A DNA stretch of 64,000 bases from Candidatus Dojkabacteria bacterium (GCA_014729085.1 WJKM01000023.1:13648-77647); one strand, 5' to 3'. Shown: positions 48,081-58,957, counted from the first letter of the stretch. Notes: generated by a model not told the origin, from the letters alone. Numbers and translations: made by a program.

Positions 48081-50030
48081 ATGAATAAACAAATAGATTT
48101 AATCACAACACTGAATTCTTCACAACAAAAAGCAATTAAAACTATAGAAGGACCTGTCATGATTAATGCCGGCCCTGGTACTGGTAAAACTCTCACTTTG
48201 ATCAATAGAATTTTATATATGATCTTTGAAAAAAATATTAGTCCTGAGACTATCCTAGTTTTAACTTTCACAGAAAAGGCAGCTCAAGAAATAAAAGACA
48301 GGCTTAATAATTATAAGGCCGATTTACCACAAATTCCTTTTGTAGGGACTTTTCATGCACTGGGGTACAAAATTCTTAATAAAAAATATAAAGATATAAA
48401 ATTAATTGACGAGAAACAAAGAAAAAAAAATATTCGAGAATGTATGAAAAGTGAAAGTATAGAATCCCCCTTAAGAGAATTGGATACCAAAGAATTAGGT
48501 TTAATTATTTCAAAATATAAAAACTTTTCTATTAAATCTTCGGATTATAAAAACCAAAGTCATATAAAAAAATTTACTAAAAAATATGACAAATTACTAA
48601 AAAAACAAAACCTGCTTGATTTTGATGATCTATTATTAAAAACATATAAATTTATAAAAGATAATCCGAAATTATCTCCTACTTATCAATATAAATTTGA
48701 CTATATTCTGATTGATGAATTTCAAGACATAAATCCGATACAATTTAAAATTATTAAACTTTTATTAAATAAAGAAAATAATATTTTTATAATTGGAGAT
48801 CCTCTTCAATCCATCTACTCTTTTAGAGGATCTTATCCCAATATATTCAAATTATTTAAAAATGAATTTCCTCAAACAAGGGACATTACCTTGGATATAA
48901 ACTACAGAAGTACTCCAGAAATTATAGAAATAAGTCATAATTTATTTCCTAAAACCCTAAAACTAAAAAACAATCTACAAGAACACGGAAAAGTAGAGGT
49001 TGTTAAAACTCAGAATGAGTATACTGAGTCCGATTTTATTCTTAAAGAAATTGATAAGAAAATTGGAGGAATTGGTATGCTGGAATCTAGTGAGGTTTGG
49101 GAACATCAAGATAAAAAAATAAACTTTTCAGATTTTGCAGTAATGTATCGTCTGCACTATTTAAATATCCCCCTTAAGAAAAAATTCAAGGATTCGGGAA
49201 TTCCTTATCAGGTAATAGGAGCAGGTTCCATATATAACCAGCCGGCTATATCATTCATCATTTCATGCTTGAAATTTTTGAATAAACAAGATAATGAGTC
49301 ATTTAGAGAAATTATTGAATCTACATTCATTAAGCTATCTGAACAGATAAAAAATAAAATATTTCATACTCCAGACTATGAATTCTATCCAAGGGCAAAA
49401 GAAATTCTAAATCAGAAAGAGCTTAACAATACTCAACACAGAAGTCTTGAAAAAAACATATCCAATATCAATAAATTAATTAATTCTGAAAAATTAAAAT
49501 TAACTGAGGTTGTTTCTTTAGTTATTGAACTTTTTAATTTGGAAAAATATTTCAATGAAAACACACAAAAGAAACAGATGCTTAATGAATTTAAAAGTAT
49601 AATTTTAAGATTTGATAGATTTGAAAATGGAATTGAAAAATTTCTTGTATACCTGAGAAATATTGAACAAAATGATTTTTATGATAATAATGTAGATAAA
49701 GTTACTCTGTTAACGATGCATGCTGCAAAAGGACTGGAGTTTAAATATGTATTTATATGTGGATTTGAGGAAGAATTAATTCCATATATGAAAAAGGACA
49801 GTGATATAAATGAAGAAAAAAGACTATTTTATATTGCTCTAACAAGAGCAAAAAATTCTGCTTGGATTCTTTATACGAAAAGGCGTAACAAGACAGAAAG
49901 TAAAATATCTCCATTCTTTGAATTAATCAAATCAAAAAATCTTATACATAAAACGGATAAAGCTTTAGAAAGTCTGAAGACAAAACAAGAAAAATTAAAA
50001 CAGAAAAAGAGCCAAATAAAACTATTTTGA
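48081..50030 (+). CDS. UvrD/PcrA/Rep-family ATP-dependent DNA helicase
   Basis: Motif I GPGTGKT, motif II DEFQD, TFHALG, NYRS; start ATG overlaps the kinase stop (TAAATG). Confidence 0.85.
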   Translation: MNKQIDLITTLNSSQQKAIKTIEGPVMINAGPGTGKTLTLINRILYMIFEKNISPETILVLTFTEKAAQEIKDRLNNYKADLPQIPFVGTFHALGYKILNKKYKDIKLIDEKQRKKNIRECMKSESIESPLRELDTKELGLIISKYKNFSIKSSDYKNQSHIKKFTKKYDKLLKKQNLLDFDDLLLKTYKFIKDNPKLSPTYQYKFDYILIDEFQDINPIQFKIIKLLLNKENNIFIIGDPLQSIYSFRGSYPNIFKLFKNEFPQTRDITLDINYRSTPEIIEISHNLFPKTLKLKNNLQEHGKVEVVKTQNEYTESDFILKEIDKKIGGIGMLESSEVWEHQDKKINFSDFAVMYRLHYLNIPLKKKFKDSGIPYQVIGAGSIYNQPAISFIISCLKFLNKQDNESFREIIESTFIKLSEQIKNKIFHTPDYEFYPRAKEILNQKELNNTQHRSLEKNISNINKLINSEKLKLTEVVSLVIELFNLEKYFNENTQKKQMLNEFKSIILRFDRFENGIEKFLVYLRNIEQNDFYDNNVDKVTLLTMHAAKGLEFKYVFICGFEEELIPYMKKDSDINEEKRLFYIALTRAKNSAWILYTKRRNKTESKISPFFELIKSKNLIHKTDKALESLKTKQEKLKQKKSQIKLF

Positions 50031-50031
50031 A

Positions 50032-50184
50032 CTACTTCTTCGATTCTTTATAATCTTCCAAAAATTTTTCTACTGCTTCTTTTACAACCTGACCTGCATT
50101 CTTCTCTTCTATAACCGCAATCTTTTCCACATCCTCCCAGGCTTCTTTTGGTAAATATATGGATCTATGATTTTTTGTAGACAT
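50032..50184 (-). CDS. Small ribbon-helix-helix (CopG/Arc/MetJ-like) DNA-binding protein, 50 aa (below the ORF-track size cutoff)
   Basis: Manual minus-strand translation: MSTKNHRSIYLPKEAWEDVEKIAVIEEKNAGQVVKEAVEKFLEDYKESKK. Beta-strand RSIYLP followed by two helices, the RHH pattern. Confidence 0.4.
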   Translation of the reverse strand: MSTKNHRSIYLPKEAWEDVEKIAVIEEKNAGQVVKEAVEKFLEDYKESKK

Positions 50185-50295
50185 ATTTTAAAACCTTGAA
50201 AATTTAATTAATAGATCTTGGTAGTATTATATTATACTTTTCCTAACCAACAGTTCTTGTTATTATTCATTAATAATATTAGTTAATTTAAGATT

Positions 50296-51327
50296 GTGAA
50301 AATATTAAATCACCTTAAAAATAGACTACAAAATTGTTCTGAATATAATTTAACCGAAAATGACAATTTACTCATAGAAAATGAAGGATTAGAGAGTTTT
50401 ATATTCCATCAACTTATGAACAAATCTTACAGAAAATGGTCGGTAGATAATGACGCACAAAAGCATATCAAACAAGCTATACATTTGAATTTCAAAGATG
50501 ATAAGCCTATCGAATTCACCTTTCCCTTTGGAGGTTATAAACTATGGAGACTAGCTTCGTATCCGGAAGTAGACTGGGCAGAATTCTTCACGATTTCTTA
50601 TTATTCGCGCTATGTGTCCCCTATCCTAAAAGTTTATAAACCTGGGGTCAACTTCACTTTTTCATCAGATGACGTCATTATAGAAAGAATGGACAATATA
50701 CCGAAAGAAGATACAGATGCTTATTTCCGTTCCTTTCAGAAACTAATTTTCGAATTTAGTAAACATTATCCAGATAACATGAAGATGAATATTACTAGGG
50801 TTGGCGATTTATACTCCCAAAAAGAATTTGAAAATGAACTTGCAGAAAATGTTGAGAAGGTTAAAAACCATTATATCAATGAGGGTGAAGAAAGAAAAAA
50901 GAAAATGCTAAAAACTTCCAAGCTTAATATTAAATTTAAAGGTGCAGAAGACTGGACTAAGCTTTCAAAAGAAGAACAGCAAGCCAAGATTGCAATGGGA
51001 CCAATTTATCATGATGCTCATTGCTCTTTATCTAAGAGAAGAGATTTTGTGAGAGGAAAAAATAAAGTAGTACTTTTCACCACTCCAATATCTAATGCTA
51101 TTGCAATTGGCACTAGCAAATCCTCAATTACGAAATTTTGGACCGGTACTGGAATTTTAGAAAAAAGAAATGGAGATTATAAAGATAGAATTTTATCCCC
51201 CCAACAAATCAAAGCGCTGGAAAAACTTGAAAAAGAAGCCTTAAAGATTGATTTAATTCCTTTGAAAAATTTCAACAAAATTACAATAGTAAAAGAAAAA
51301 CTGAATTTTTCAAATAAATCAAAGTAA
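50296..51327 (+). CDS. Hypothetical protein
   Basis: 343-aa ORF, divergent from the RHH ORF; no motif recognised. Confidence 0.4.
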   Translation: MKILNHLKNRLQNCSEYNLTENDNLLIENEGLESFIFHQLMNKSYRKWSVDNDAQKHIKQAIHLNFKDDKPIEFTFPFGGYKLWRLASYPEVDWAEFFTISYYSRYVSPILKVYKPGVNFTFSSDDVIIERMDNIPKEDTDAYFRSFQKLIFEFSKHYPDNMKMNITRVGDLYSQKEFENELAENVEKVKNHYINEGEERKKKMLKTSKLNIKFKGAEDWTKLSKEEQQAKIAMGPIYHDAHCSLSKRRDFVRGKNKVVLFTTPISNAIAIGTSKSSITKFWTGTGILEKRNGDYKDRILSPQQIKALEKLEKEALKIDLIPLKNFNKITIVKEKLNFSNKSK

Positions 51328-51329
51328 TT

Positions 51330-52904
51330 TTAAGGGGTAGGTGTTGGTGTAGGTTCTGGCGTCGGTTCTTCTACCTCTACATTCACAGAAACTGCTTCCT
51401 CTCCTCCATCAGACATAATATATAAATAACAGGAAGTATTTCCTGGGGGTAACATATCCCTAAATATATAAACTTCAAGAATATTTGGGTCTGGATCTAC
51501 TACTCCAGTTGGAGGTTCAGCAAAAATACCTTCCGGGCATTCAGGAATCAAATTCCAAACTAAAGGTCCGTCTCCAATATTTGATATTGTAACCTGTTTA
51601 ACATCATCAGTTAAACCAAAATCTAGAAAAGTTGGAACAACTTCAAGAATTGGTCCTTGGCTCTCAGTCGGACTTGGTGTTTCTGTCGGTGTTGGAGTAG
51701 GAGTATCTGTTGGTATATAAGTTGTAGGTTCTGGTTCAGGAGTTAAAGTTGGATCATCACCTCCATCTCCGGGACTTGTTTCTTGGTCATCTGGTACTGT
51801 AGCTGCTTCTGTGGCTGTTGTATCTTCTACTGGTTTCTCAGTCGCAGTATTTTCGGGCATTTTCTTACATTTGCAACCTTGTGTACATTCTTCGCCGGCT
51901 TCACAACCTGTTTTTGGTTTTGCCTTCGGATCACATTCTTCAGGTGGGGTGATATAGCCGTCTCCGCAAATAGGAGTTGCAACTGCACATTTGCAATTTC
52001 TAGTACAAACTTCCTCTTGGGCCTTACAACCTGTGGGATTTACCTTATAGTCACATGATTCGCCCTTATCTCCCTGAACTTTCCCGTCTCCACAACAGCA
52101 TTCATCAGGGCACTCAATTCCTGTATCATTCGATATATCTTCCGCATGAGAATCTTCTGGTTTTGCATCGGCCTTAACACTAGCCATTAAACTTTTTTCT
52201 TTTCCTGCCTTGGGTTTTGAAGCGATAAAGGTTCTCCTTCCGTTTTGTTGGTAATGATACCAATCTACTGTAGCTCCAGCAGGCTTATTATCTTCAATTT
52301 TTTTCTTTTTATCTGCATTATTATAATCATCTTTAGATATAAACTGCCAATTTGTATAAGTACCATCGGATTTTTTATATCTATAATAGTATCCGTCCGT
52401 ATATTCATCATCCAATCCCATCATATGTCCAACTTCGTGGGCAATTGTCTTATTGGAGTCTCTGCTCCCCCAATCACCTGTTCCTGATGGAATATTTGCA
52501 TTCTGATTTCTAGTGGAATCTTCAGGAGTCCAATTACTAGCTGTTCCTGTAACAGTTGGCCTATGGTATCCTCCAACCGGTACATTTTTAACAGTAACAC
52601 AATGATGATCATTTGCCTCTGGTTTTGAGCAGTCATCTACTTGAATTACATTGACCGTTAATTCCAACTCACATTTACACTCTTCACCACATTTAACTTT
52701 TGCATTATTCCATTCATTTTCTGCTGCTTGTTTAATTCGGGAAGCGTATGCATTGCTTGCACCAGGCCCAGTTATAGCAATATTGACCTCAACTTTAAGT
52801 TTACAATCTTCAAGCTTGGCTGTTGTTTTACCTTGAGAGGACGTCGTAAGAAAAAATAGTATAAATATACTTAAAAATATTTGAGCTATTTTTTTTAACT
52901 TCAT
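51330..52904 (-). CDS. Secreted zinc metalloprotease (HExxH) with Myxococcus-type Cys-rich repeats, PT-rich linkers and C-terminal beta domain
   Basis: Signal peptide; HEVGHMMGLDDEY zinc-binding motif; Cys-rich repeats CCGDGKVQGDKGESCD and CGDGYITPPEECD (CGDG...EECD pattern); PTPTPTETPSPT linkers; protein ends PEPTPTPTP. Confidence 0.55.
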   Translation of the reverse strand: MKLKKIAQIFLSIFILFFLTTSSQGKTTAKLEDCKLKVEVNIAITGPGASNAYASRIKQAAENEWNNAKVKCGEECKCELELTVNVIQVDDCSKPEANDHHCVTVKNVPVGGYHRPTVTGTASNWTPEDSTRNQNANIPSGTGDWGSRDSNKTIAHEVGHMMGLDDEYTDGYYYRYKKSDGTYTNWQFISKDDYNNADKKKKIEDNKPAGATVDWYHYQQNGRRTFIASKPKAGKEKSLMASVKADAKPEDSHAEDISNDTGIECPDECCCGDGKVQGDKGESCDYKVNPTGCKAQEEVCTRNCKCAVATPICGDGYITPPEECDPKAKPKTGCEAGEECTQGCKCKKMPENTATEKPVEDTTATEAATVPDDQETSPGDGGDDPTLTPEPEPTTYIPTDTPTPTPTETPSPTESQGPILEVVPTFLDFGLTDDVKQVTISNIGDGPLVWNLIPECPEGIFAEPPTGVVDPDPNILEVYIFRDMLPPGNTSCYLYIMSDGGEEAVSVNVEVEEPTPEPTPTPTP

Positions 52905-52926
52905 TTCAATTTAATAAAGAAGTTAT

Positions 52927-53598
52927 TTATATTACATACTTTTTCTGCTCATCATCCCAAGTATAAAATCCCTTATTTTTTTCCCACCAATCTCGCCACT
53001 TTTTAACGATCTCATCATTTCCACAAGGATCACCAAATCCCTGATCAAAATAATATGAAAGTGTTGTTGAACAATATTGACATATAGGCATTGGAGGTTC
53101 TGTTAGTATAAGCATGTCTTCATTAGAAAGCCCTTCGATTAAAATATCCGTACCTTCAGAATTTCCGCAGATAAAAGCTACACTTGCTGCCATTAATCTG
53201 ATATGAGGATTATCATTATTAAATTCCTTCTTTACGGCTTCAATAATTTTATTTCTTGTTTTCTGATCTTCGTAAAAACCCACTCGAGAAAGGACATATA
53301 ATGCTGTCCACTCATCATAAATATCATCACTTTCTAAAAGTTTAATCTGAGAATCAATAACTTGAGGTCCTAAGTCAACTAACTCTTCAACCTTGTCAAA
53401 AGTACTAGTATCCGACTCGTTATAAGCCCCAGTAATCGACTCCACTTTTTCGGAAATTTCATCTTCATTGAGTGTTTTGCTTTTTTCTTCTGGTTTTTTT
53501 CTTATCAAAATAAATACAAAGATTAATACTATTAAGATAATCAGAGATATAAGAACAATCAACCTGAGCTTATTATCGTTCTTGAAATCTAAATTCAT
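52927..53598 (-). CDS. Hypothetical membrane-anchored protein
   Basis: 223 aa; N-terminal TM (LIVLISLIILIVLIFVFILI); C-terminal Cys cluster CQYCSTTLSYYFDQGFGDPCGN. Confidence 0.4.
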   Translation of the reverse strand: MNLDFKNDNKLRLIVLISLIILIVLIFVFILIRKKPEEKSKTLNEDEISEKVESITGAYNESDTSTFDKVEELVDLGPQVIDSQIKLLESDDIYDEWTALYVLSRVGFYEDQKTRNKIIEAVKKEFNNDNPHIRLMAASVAFICGNSEGTDILIEGLSNEDMLILTEPPMPICQYCSTTLSYYFDQGFGDPCGNDEIVKKWRDWWEKNKGFYTWDDEQKKYVI

Positions 53599-53667
53599 AA
53601 AAATAAATTTATCAAAAGCAAAAGAGAGATACTAGAAATTGTAGCGCACTTTAGAAAAAAGATAAAG

Positions 53668-56091
53668 CTAATTTTCCTTTAATCTTAAACTGTTCAGAAC
53701 TACAGATACAGAACTGAAAGCCATGGCCGCACTTGCAATAATTGGAGACAGAAGTACTTGGCTTAATGGATACAATATACCAGCGGCTATAGGTATTGCA
53801 ATAATATTATATCCAAATGCCCAAAATAAGTTTTGTTTAATTGTTTTAAGAGTCTGTTTAGATAGCTGTATAGAATCCACAACCTTCATAAGATTACCTT
53901 TCACAAGTATAATATCCGCTGACTCAATAGCGACATCTGTACCTGTTCCAATTGCCATTCCAATATCTGCCTGGGCAAGAGCTGGGGCATCATTGATACC
54001 ATCTCCTACCATAGCTATCACTCGATCTGTTGACTGTTGAATCTCTTTAATTTTGCTTACTTTATGCTTAGGTAATACCTCTGCAGTGACATTGTCAATA
54101 TTCAATTCTTGAGCTATAGATTCAGCTGTCTGCCTATTATCACCTGTTAACATATGTAGACTTATATCCATTTTATGCAAAGTCTCAATTGCTTCTTTCG
54201 TATCCTCTTTTAGAGTATCGGCAAGAGCAAAGATTGCAAAGTTTTGATTATCGATGCTCATGAAAACAACCGTTTTCCCTTCATTTTCTAACTTATTTGC
54301 TTTCTTTTCTAATTTCTTGGTTATATTAACCTTCCTTTCTTTCATTAACCTATGGTTTCCTATAAAGATTGAATAATCTCTGTAATTTGCCTCTACACCT
54401 CTCCCTTCGAGATTTTTAAATTGTTTTACTTCAGAATCTTTAATGATGGAATCATTTTCCAATAAATCGTTACCATATTCTTCTATTGCTTTTGACAAAG
54501 GATGCTCAGATTTTTTTTCAATAGATACTGCTAAAGCGAGAATTTTTTTATTAATCGTATTTGAGCTTGAAATTTCGTTTAACTTTTTAACTTCTATATT
54601 ATCATCTACTACAAATTCAGTTACCTCGGGCTCTCCCTTAGTTAAAGTACCGGTTTTATCAAAAATAATTGTCCCAATTTTGTGAGCAATTTCAAGAGAT
54701 TCAGCATTTTTAATTAGAATTCCTCGACGAGCTGCATTTCCGGTACCAACCATAACTGCAGTAGGTGTTGCAAGTCCTAAGGCACAAGGACACGCGATAA
54801 TTAAAACAGTAGTTGCAACATAAACTGCTAATTGAATATTATTAATATCAGAAGCTAAGATTCCCACACTTGGAGCAACCAATAACCAGAACACAAATGC
54901 CACAAAAGAAATGGAAATTACAGCAGGAACAAAAATTCCCGAGATTTGATCTGCTAGTTTTTGAACAGGTGCCTCTGAGTCTTGGGCTTCTTCCACCATC
55001 TTTATAATCTGAGCAAGCATTGTATCAGACCCTACTTTTTCAGCAATAAATCTAAAATTTCCACTTTTGTTGATTGTTGCTCCAATCACTTTATCCCCCT
55101 TCTCCTTTTCCACAGGTAAAGATTCACCTGTCACCATAGATTCATCGACTGTAGAAGTACCATCCTTAATCTTTCCATCAACTGGTATTTTTTCACCAGG
55201 GCGTACTACAACTGTATCTCCAACTTCTACCTCTTCTATTGGAACTCTTATTTCCTCTTCTCCTCTTATAATTGTTGCTTTTTTTGCCTGCATCTGTATC
55301 AATTTCTGAATAGCCTCGTTAGTCTGACTTTTTGCTCTAGCTTCCAATAATCTACCTAAAAGAATAAAAAATACAATAAAAACAGATGCCTCAAAAAATA
55401 CATCGGCTTCCCCCTGTACAGAGCTAAATAAATCTGGGTAAAAAGTAACTAATGTTGAAAACAGCCATGCCGTAAATGTACCTAAAGCAACTAGGGTGTC
55501 CATATTTGCTGATTTAACTTTTAGAGCAGACCAAGCACTTACAAAGAACTCTCTTCCTCCAATAAATAAAACCGGAGTTGATACCAAAAATTGCATAAAG
55601 AAGAAAGTATTGATTTGATAAACCTGCTTTTCTCCTGATAATACTATATGTCCTAAAAATCCATTAGTGAACTTAATGAAATTTAGATGCGACAATAACA
55701 TTAATACCATAATCATAATAAACGGCATTGTTCCTATTCCTACCCACAATACTTTCTTCTTAAGTTTGTTGTATTTTTCTTTCTTTAAAATAGCATGTTC
55801 TTTCACTGATTCTCTATTATCCTTCCTTTCTAATTCTTTTATTTCGGTTGGGGAAGCAAGGACAGTTTTGTCTCTTTTATTTTCAATTAATTGATAAGTC
55901 CCTGTATCTTCTACTGTCTTTTTTATTTCTTCTATATCAGTTTTATTCTCATTATATTCAATTCTCATTTTTTCAGATGCAAAATTCACCTGCACACTCT
56001 CAACTCCATCTAGTTTAGATACAGCTTTTTCTATTAAAATCTTACAAGATGCACAATGCATTCCTATTATTGGAAAAATTTCTTTCTTCAT
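53668..56091 (-). CDS. copA: Copper-translocating P1B-type ATPase
   Basis: N-terminal [18 protein letters not shown]; TM CPC motif [12 protein letters not shown]; phosphorylation site DKTGTLT; hinge GDGINDAP. Confidence 0.9.
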   Translation of the reverse strand: MKKEIFPIIGMHCASCKILIEKAVSKLDGVESVQVNFASEKMRIEYNENKTDIEEIKKTVEDTGTYQLIENKRDKTVLASPTEIKELERKDNRESVKEHAILKKEKYNKLKKKVLWVGIGTMPFIMIMVLMLLSHLNFIKFTNGFLGHIVLSGEKQVYQINTFFFMQFLVSTPVLFIGGREFFVSAWSALKVKSANMDTLVALGTFTAWLFSTLVTFYPDLFSSVQGEADVFFEASVFIVFFILLGRLLEARAKSQTNEAIQKLIQMQAKKATIIRGEEEIRVPIEEVEVGDTVVVRPGEKIPVDGKIKDGTSTVDESMVTGESLPVEKEKGDKVIGATINKSGNFRFIAEKVGSDTMLAQIIKMVEEAQDSEAPVQKLADQISGIFVPAVISISFVAFVFWLLVAPSVGILASDINNIQLAVYVATTVLIIACPCALGLATPTAVMVGTGNAARRGILIKNAESLEIAHKIGTIIFDKTGTLTKGEPEVTEFVVDDNIEVKKLNEISSSNTINKKILALAVSIEKKSEHPLSKAIEEYGNDLLENDSIIKDSEVKQFKNLEGRGVEANYRDYSIFIGNHRLMKERKVNITKKLEKKANKLENEGKTVVFMSIDNQNFAIFALADTLKEDTKEAIETLHKMDISLHMLTGDNRQTAESIAQELNIDNVTAEVLPKHKVSKIKEIQQSTDRVIAMVGDGINDAPALAQADIGMAIGTGTDVAIESADIILVKGNLMKVVDSIQLSKQTLKTIKQNLFWAFGYNIIAIPIAAGILYPLSQVLLSPIIASAAMAFSSVSVVLNSLRLKEN

Positions 56092-56118
56092 ATTTCTGTA
56101 GGTAAATTTAATCGATCG

Positions 56119-56676
56119 CTATTTGTATTTTTTACTAAATTCTAAAAAATCATCTACGAAATTTCTCAGTTTTTCTAATGTGTTTTCATCATTGATCTTT
56201 TCTTCTTCATTTACTTTTTTATGAAATTTTGAAAGCATTATTTGAGGTTTATGCAAAATATGCATATTTAAAGTTGATGCTAATAAAACCAATTGGTTCT
56301 GTGCTCTTATAGTTCCAAAACCCCCAGGCGTTGCTCCAACAATTCCCAAAACTTTTTTATCAAATGAGTTTTGTCCAGCTGGTCTTGTAGTCCAATCTAG
56401 AGCATTTTTTAGAACTCCTGGCATTTGTCCATTATATTCTGGGGTCGCTATTACAATTCCATCACTTTCCTCGACTTTTGTTTTGAGTTTTTTCACACTT
56501 ACAGGGAAATTTTCATTTTCAAGATCTTCATTATAAAGAGGGATGTCCTTCAAACTGATATACTCAAAATTTTCTCTCTTAGAAACTATCTCCCCTATTC
56601 TTTTAACAAGGATTTTATTATATGATCCCTTTCTCAGACTGCCCGATAGACCTATTATGTTTAATTTATTTTTCAT
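56119..56676 (-). CDS. NAD(P)H-dependent FMN reductase (flavodoxin-like fold)
   Basis: MKNKLNIIGLSGSLRKGSYNKIL... is the SsuE/ArsH-type N-terminus; 185 aa. Confidence 0.7.
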   Translation of the reverse strand: MKNKLNIIGLSGSLRKGSYNKILVKRIGEIVSKRENFEYISLKDIPLYNEDLENENFPVSVKKLKTKVEESDGIVIATPEYNGQMPGVLKNALDWTTRPAGQNSFDKKVLGIVGATPGGFGTIRAQNQLVLLASTLNMHILHKPQIMLSKFHKKVNEEEKINDENTLEKLRNFVDDFLEFSKKYK

Positions 56677-56707
56677 AATAGTAATTATTAATATTTACCA
56701 GTTATAA

Positions 56708-58306
56708 CTAATTTGAATAACCACAGTTTGGATTTCCACAGCCTCCTCCGCAACCACCATTGCATCCTCCTCCACATCCCTGGCCTTGGGTTGGTAAGGC
56801 ATCAACTTTATAATCATCAGGCAATTGACCTTGTTCGTCAACTACGTCGATAACACCATTAATCATACCCATCCAACAACTAAATGTATATCTTCCTATT
56901 TCTTTTGGTAAAAATTCCTTGGTTGCAGTTTGTCCTATATTAACATTCTTTAAGTCTATAGAACCTTCAAACAAATCTTTTGCAATTATTTCGTTAGAAC
57001 AACCACTAACACCTTGATTCGTAACCTCCCATACCACAGGAACACCAGCTCTAACTTTAAGAACTCGAGGCTCATAACTACCAGCTAGTGCATCCATTTT
57101 TAATATCTGCTTTCCATCTTTAATTTCAGGTAAATTACTTGCCTGACTTGCTACTGCTTGTTCAATATTTAAGCCAAATTCTGTACTAATGAATGAATTC
57201 AAACCTAACAAACCAAAACCTATCACAATTACCCCTACAATATAATTAAATTTTCGAATAAAATGTGGTTTTGATCCCAACTTAATACTTGAAAAGCTGA
57301 TAGGAGCTAAAAATACCAATGTTCCCAAGGCAAAAGCCCCCAAATTTAAGGCTCCTCCTAGAAACCGACCAGTGAAATTTGAACCGGGAAAAATATTTGG
57401 GGCTGAAAGGGTCATCAACATTGCTGTGAAGGTCATACCACATGGTAAAAGGAAGGAAAAAGCTCCAATAATAAAGGGCATTAGCTTCCCTTTAAAGTTA
57501 CTTTCATCTGCTATATACTTACCTAAAAATTTTGGGGTTGAAATTTTTAGTCCCGACACAAAATTCACTCCAAGCATTTGCAATCCCAAAATTAACATCA
57601 AAGTAGCAACACCCAAAGTTATGAAGGGATAGATTTCGCGAATATAACTTTCTACAACACCGCCTATTAAAGCAAGAAGCCCTCCTACTAAAGGGAATGC
57701 TACTAATCTTCCAATATGGAACATAACATGAGGACTAGTAGATGCATTTGCTTGATTCGAATGTATTTCATTCCATTGTTTCGACATTGACAAGATGACT
57801 CCCCCAACCAGAGCTGCACAAGTTGAGGCACCTGCAAAAATACCATAGAGAAAAAACCCTAAAGCATTTGTGGTTGGACTTATAGTTATATAACGACTTA
57901 AACCTGATTTTTCTATTGTCTGCTGAAAAAGCAGATATCCTGCAATTAAAACTAACAATAAAATTAAGATACTCACGAAACTCTTTAATGCTTTTCTATC
58001 TACTACAATATGTCCCTGTTGATTAATTTGAACAATTCTTTTTTTCTTTTCTTGAGTTGATGTTAATCTATAACCGTGCTTTTTTAATATTCCATTCATT
58101 TTTGTATTATCTGGCTTTCGTCCCTTTTGATAGTTAATTTCCACCTCTCCTTTTTGAACAGAAGCATTAACTGACTCTACTCCTTCTAATTCCAATAATT
58201 CCTTTTCAATGACAATTTCACAAGCAGAACAGTGCATACCATTCACACTATATTTACAGCTTTTGATATTGTTCTTATTTGACTTTTCATTTTGACTGCT
58301 ATTCAT
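56708..58306 (-). CDS. Heavy-metal-associated (HMA) domain / polytopic membrane domain / cupredoxin-like domain fusion protein with C-terminal Cys-Gly-rich tail
   Basis: HMA NGMHCSACEIVIEKEL; about 6-8 TM helices with Cys in TM segments (GASTCAALVGG, LLPCGMTFTA); C-terminal cupredoxin_1-like LKVRAGVPVVWEVTNQG...IGRYTFSCWMGMINGVIDV; tail GQGCGGGCNGGCGGGCGNPNCG. Confidence 0.6.
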   Translation of the reverse strand: MNSSQNEKSNKNNIKSCKYSVNGMHCSACEIVIEKELLELEGVESVNASVQKGEVEINYQKGRKPDNTKMNGILKKHGYRLTSTQEKKKRIVQINQQGHIVVDRKALKSFVSILILLLVLIAGYLLFQQTIEKSGLSRYITISPTTNALGFFLYGIFAGASTCAALVGGVILSMSKQWNEIHSNQANASTSPHVMFHIGRLVAFPLVGGLLALIGGVVESYIREIYPFITLGVATLMLILGLQMLGVNFVSGLKISTPKFLGKYIADESNFKGKLMPFIIGAFSFLLPCGMTFTAMLMTLSAPNIFPGSNFTGRFLGGALNLGAFALGTLVFLAPISFSSIKLGSKPHFIRKFNYIVGVIVIGFGLLGLNSFISTEFGLNIEQAVASQASNLPEIKDGKQILKMDALAGSYEPRVLKVRAGVPVVWEVTNQGVSGCSNEIIAKDLFEGSIDLKNVNIGQTATKEFLPKEIGRYTFSCWMGMINGVIDVVDEQGQLPDDYKVDALPTQGQGCGGGCNGGCGGGCGNPNCGYSN

Positions 58307-58381
58307 TTAAGTTTATTCTTATTAATTTTAGTTAGAGACTAAAACCCAACCAGATATCCAACACAAAAGAACTTTTTACTA

Positions 58382-58633
58382 TTAATCCGATTTATTACCT
58401 TTTAAATTTTTAAATAGACTAAATCCGCTTAATCCAAAAATCAATAAATACATAAAAAATCCATACACACATGCTGGAAGAGTAGCTATTGTTACATCTT
58501 TGGTTCCACATGTAATAACAGCCTCATCACAACCACCAGGGACAAAAAGCTCATAATACGAAAGATATCCGGAGAAAAGAAGACCTGCTATCGATATTCC
58601 GAATATTATTTTGACTGTTTTCTCGAATGACAT
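58382..58633 (-). CDS. Small 2-TM membrane protein with Cys-rich loop (in the copper operon)
   Basis: 83 aa; two TM helices flanking GGCDEAVITCGTKDVTIATLPAC. Confidence 0.4.
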   Translation of the reverse strand: MSFEKTVKIIFGISIAGLLFSGYLSYYELFVPGGCDEAVITCGTKDVTIATLPACVYGFFMYLLIFGLSGFSLFKNLKGNKSD

Positions 58634-58671
58634 AATATTTATTTAAAAAATAAAATAATACAACTGAAACT

Positions 58672-58938
58672 TTATTTGGAAATTTTCGTAACCTGTAATA
58701 CCTCATCTATTAGTCTTTTTTTCTTAGCCTTACTTTTACTCTTCATCCCTTCGGCAAAACAATGCTGGAGGTGATCTTGAAGTTTCTGAGTTCTTGCAGA
58801 AGTTATATATCCTTCAATAGCATTTAACTGTTGAATTATATCTATACAATACTCTTCTTCTTTTATCATTTCAATGATCTTATTAATATGAGTCCTTGCT
58901 TTTTTTAAAGTAGTGATTACTTTTTGATTTTTGTTCAT
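58672..58938 (-). CDS. csoR: CsoR/RcnR-family metal-sensing transcriptional repressor
   Basis: 88 aa; Cys-His-Cys metal-ligand pattern (EEYCIDI...QDHLQHCFAEG), as in CsoR; first gene of the minus-strand copper operon. Confidence 0.7.
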   Translation of the reverse strand: MNKNQKVITTLKKARTHINKIIEMIKEEEYCIDIIQQLNAIEGYITSARTQKLQDHLQHCFAEGMKSKSKAKKKRLIDEVLQVTKISK

Positions 58939-58957
58939 AAAGATGTAATTAAAAGTT

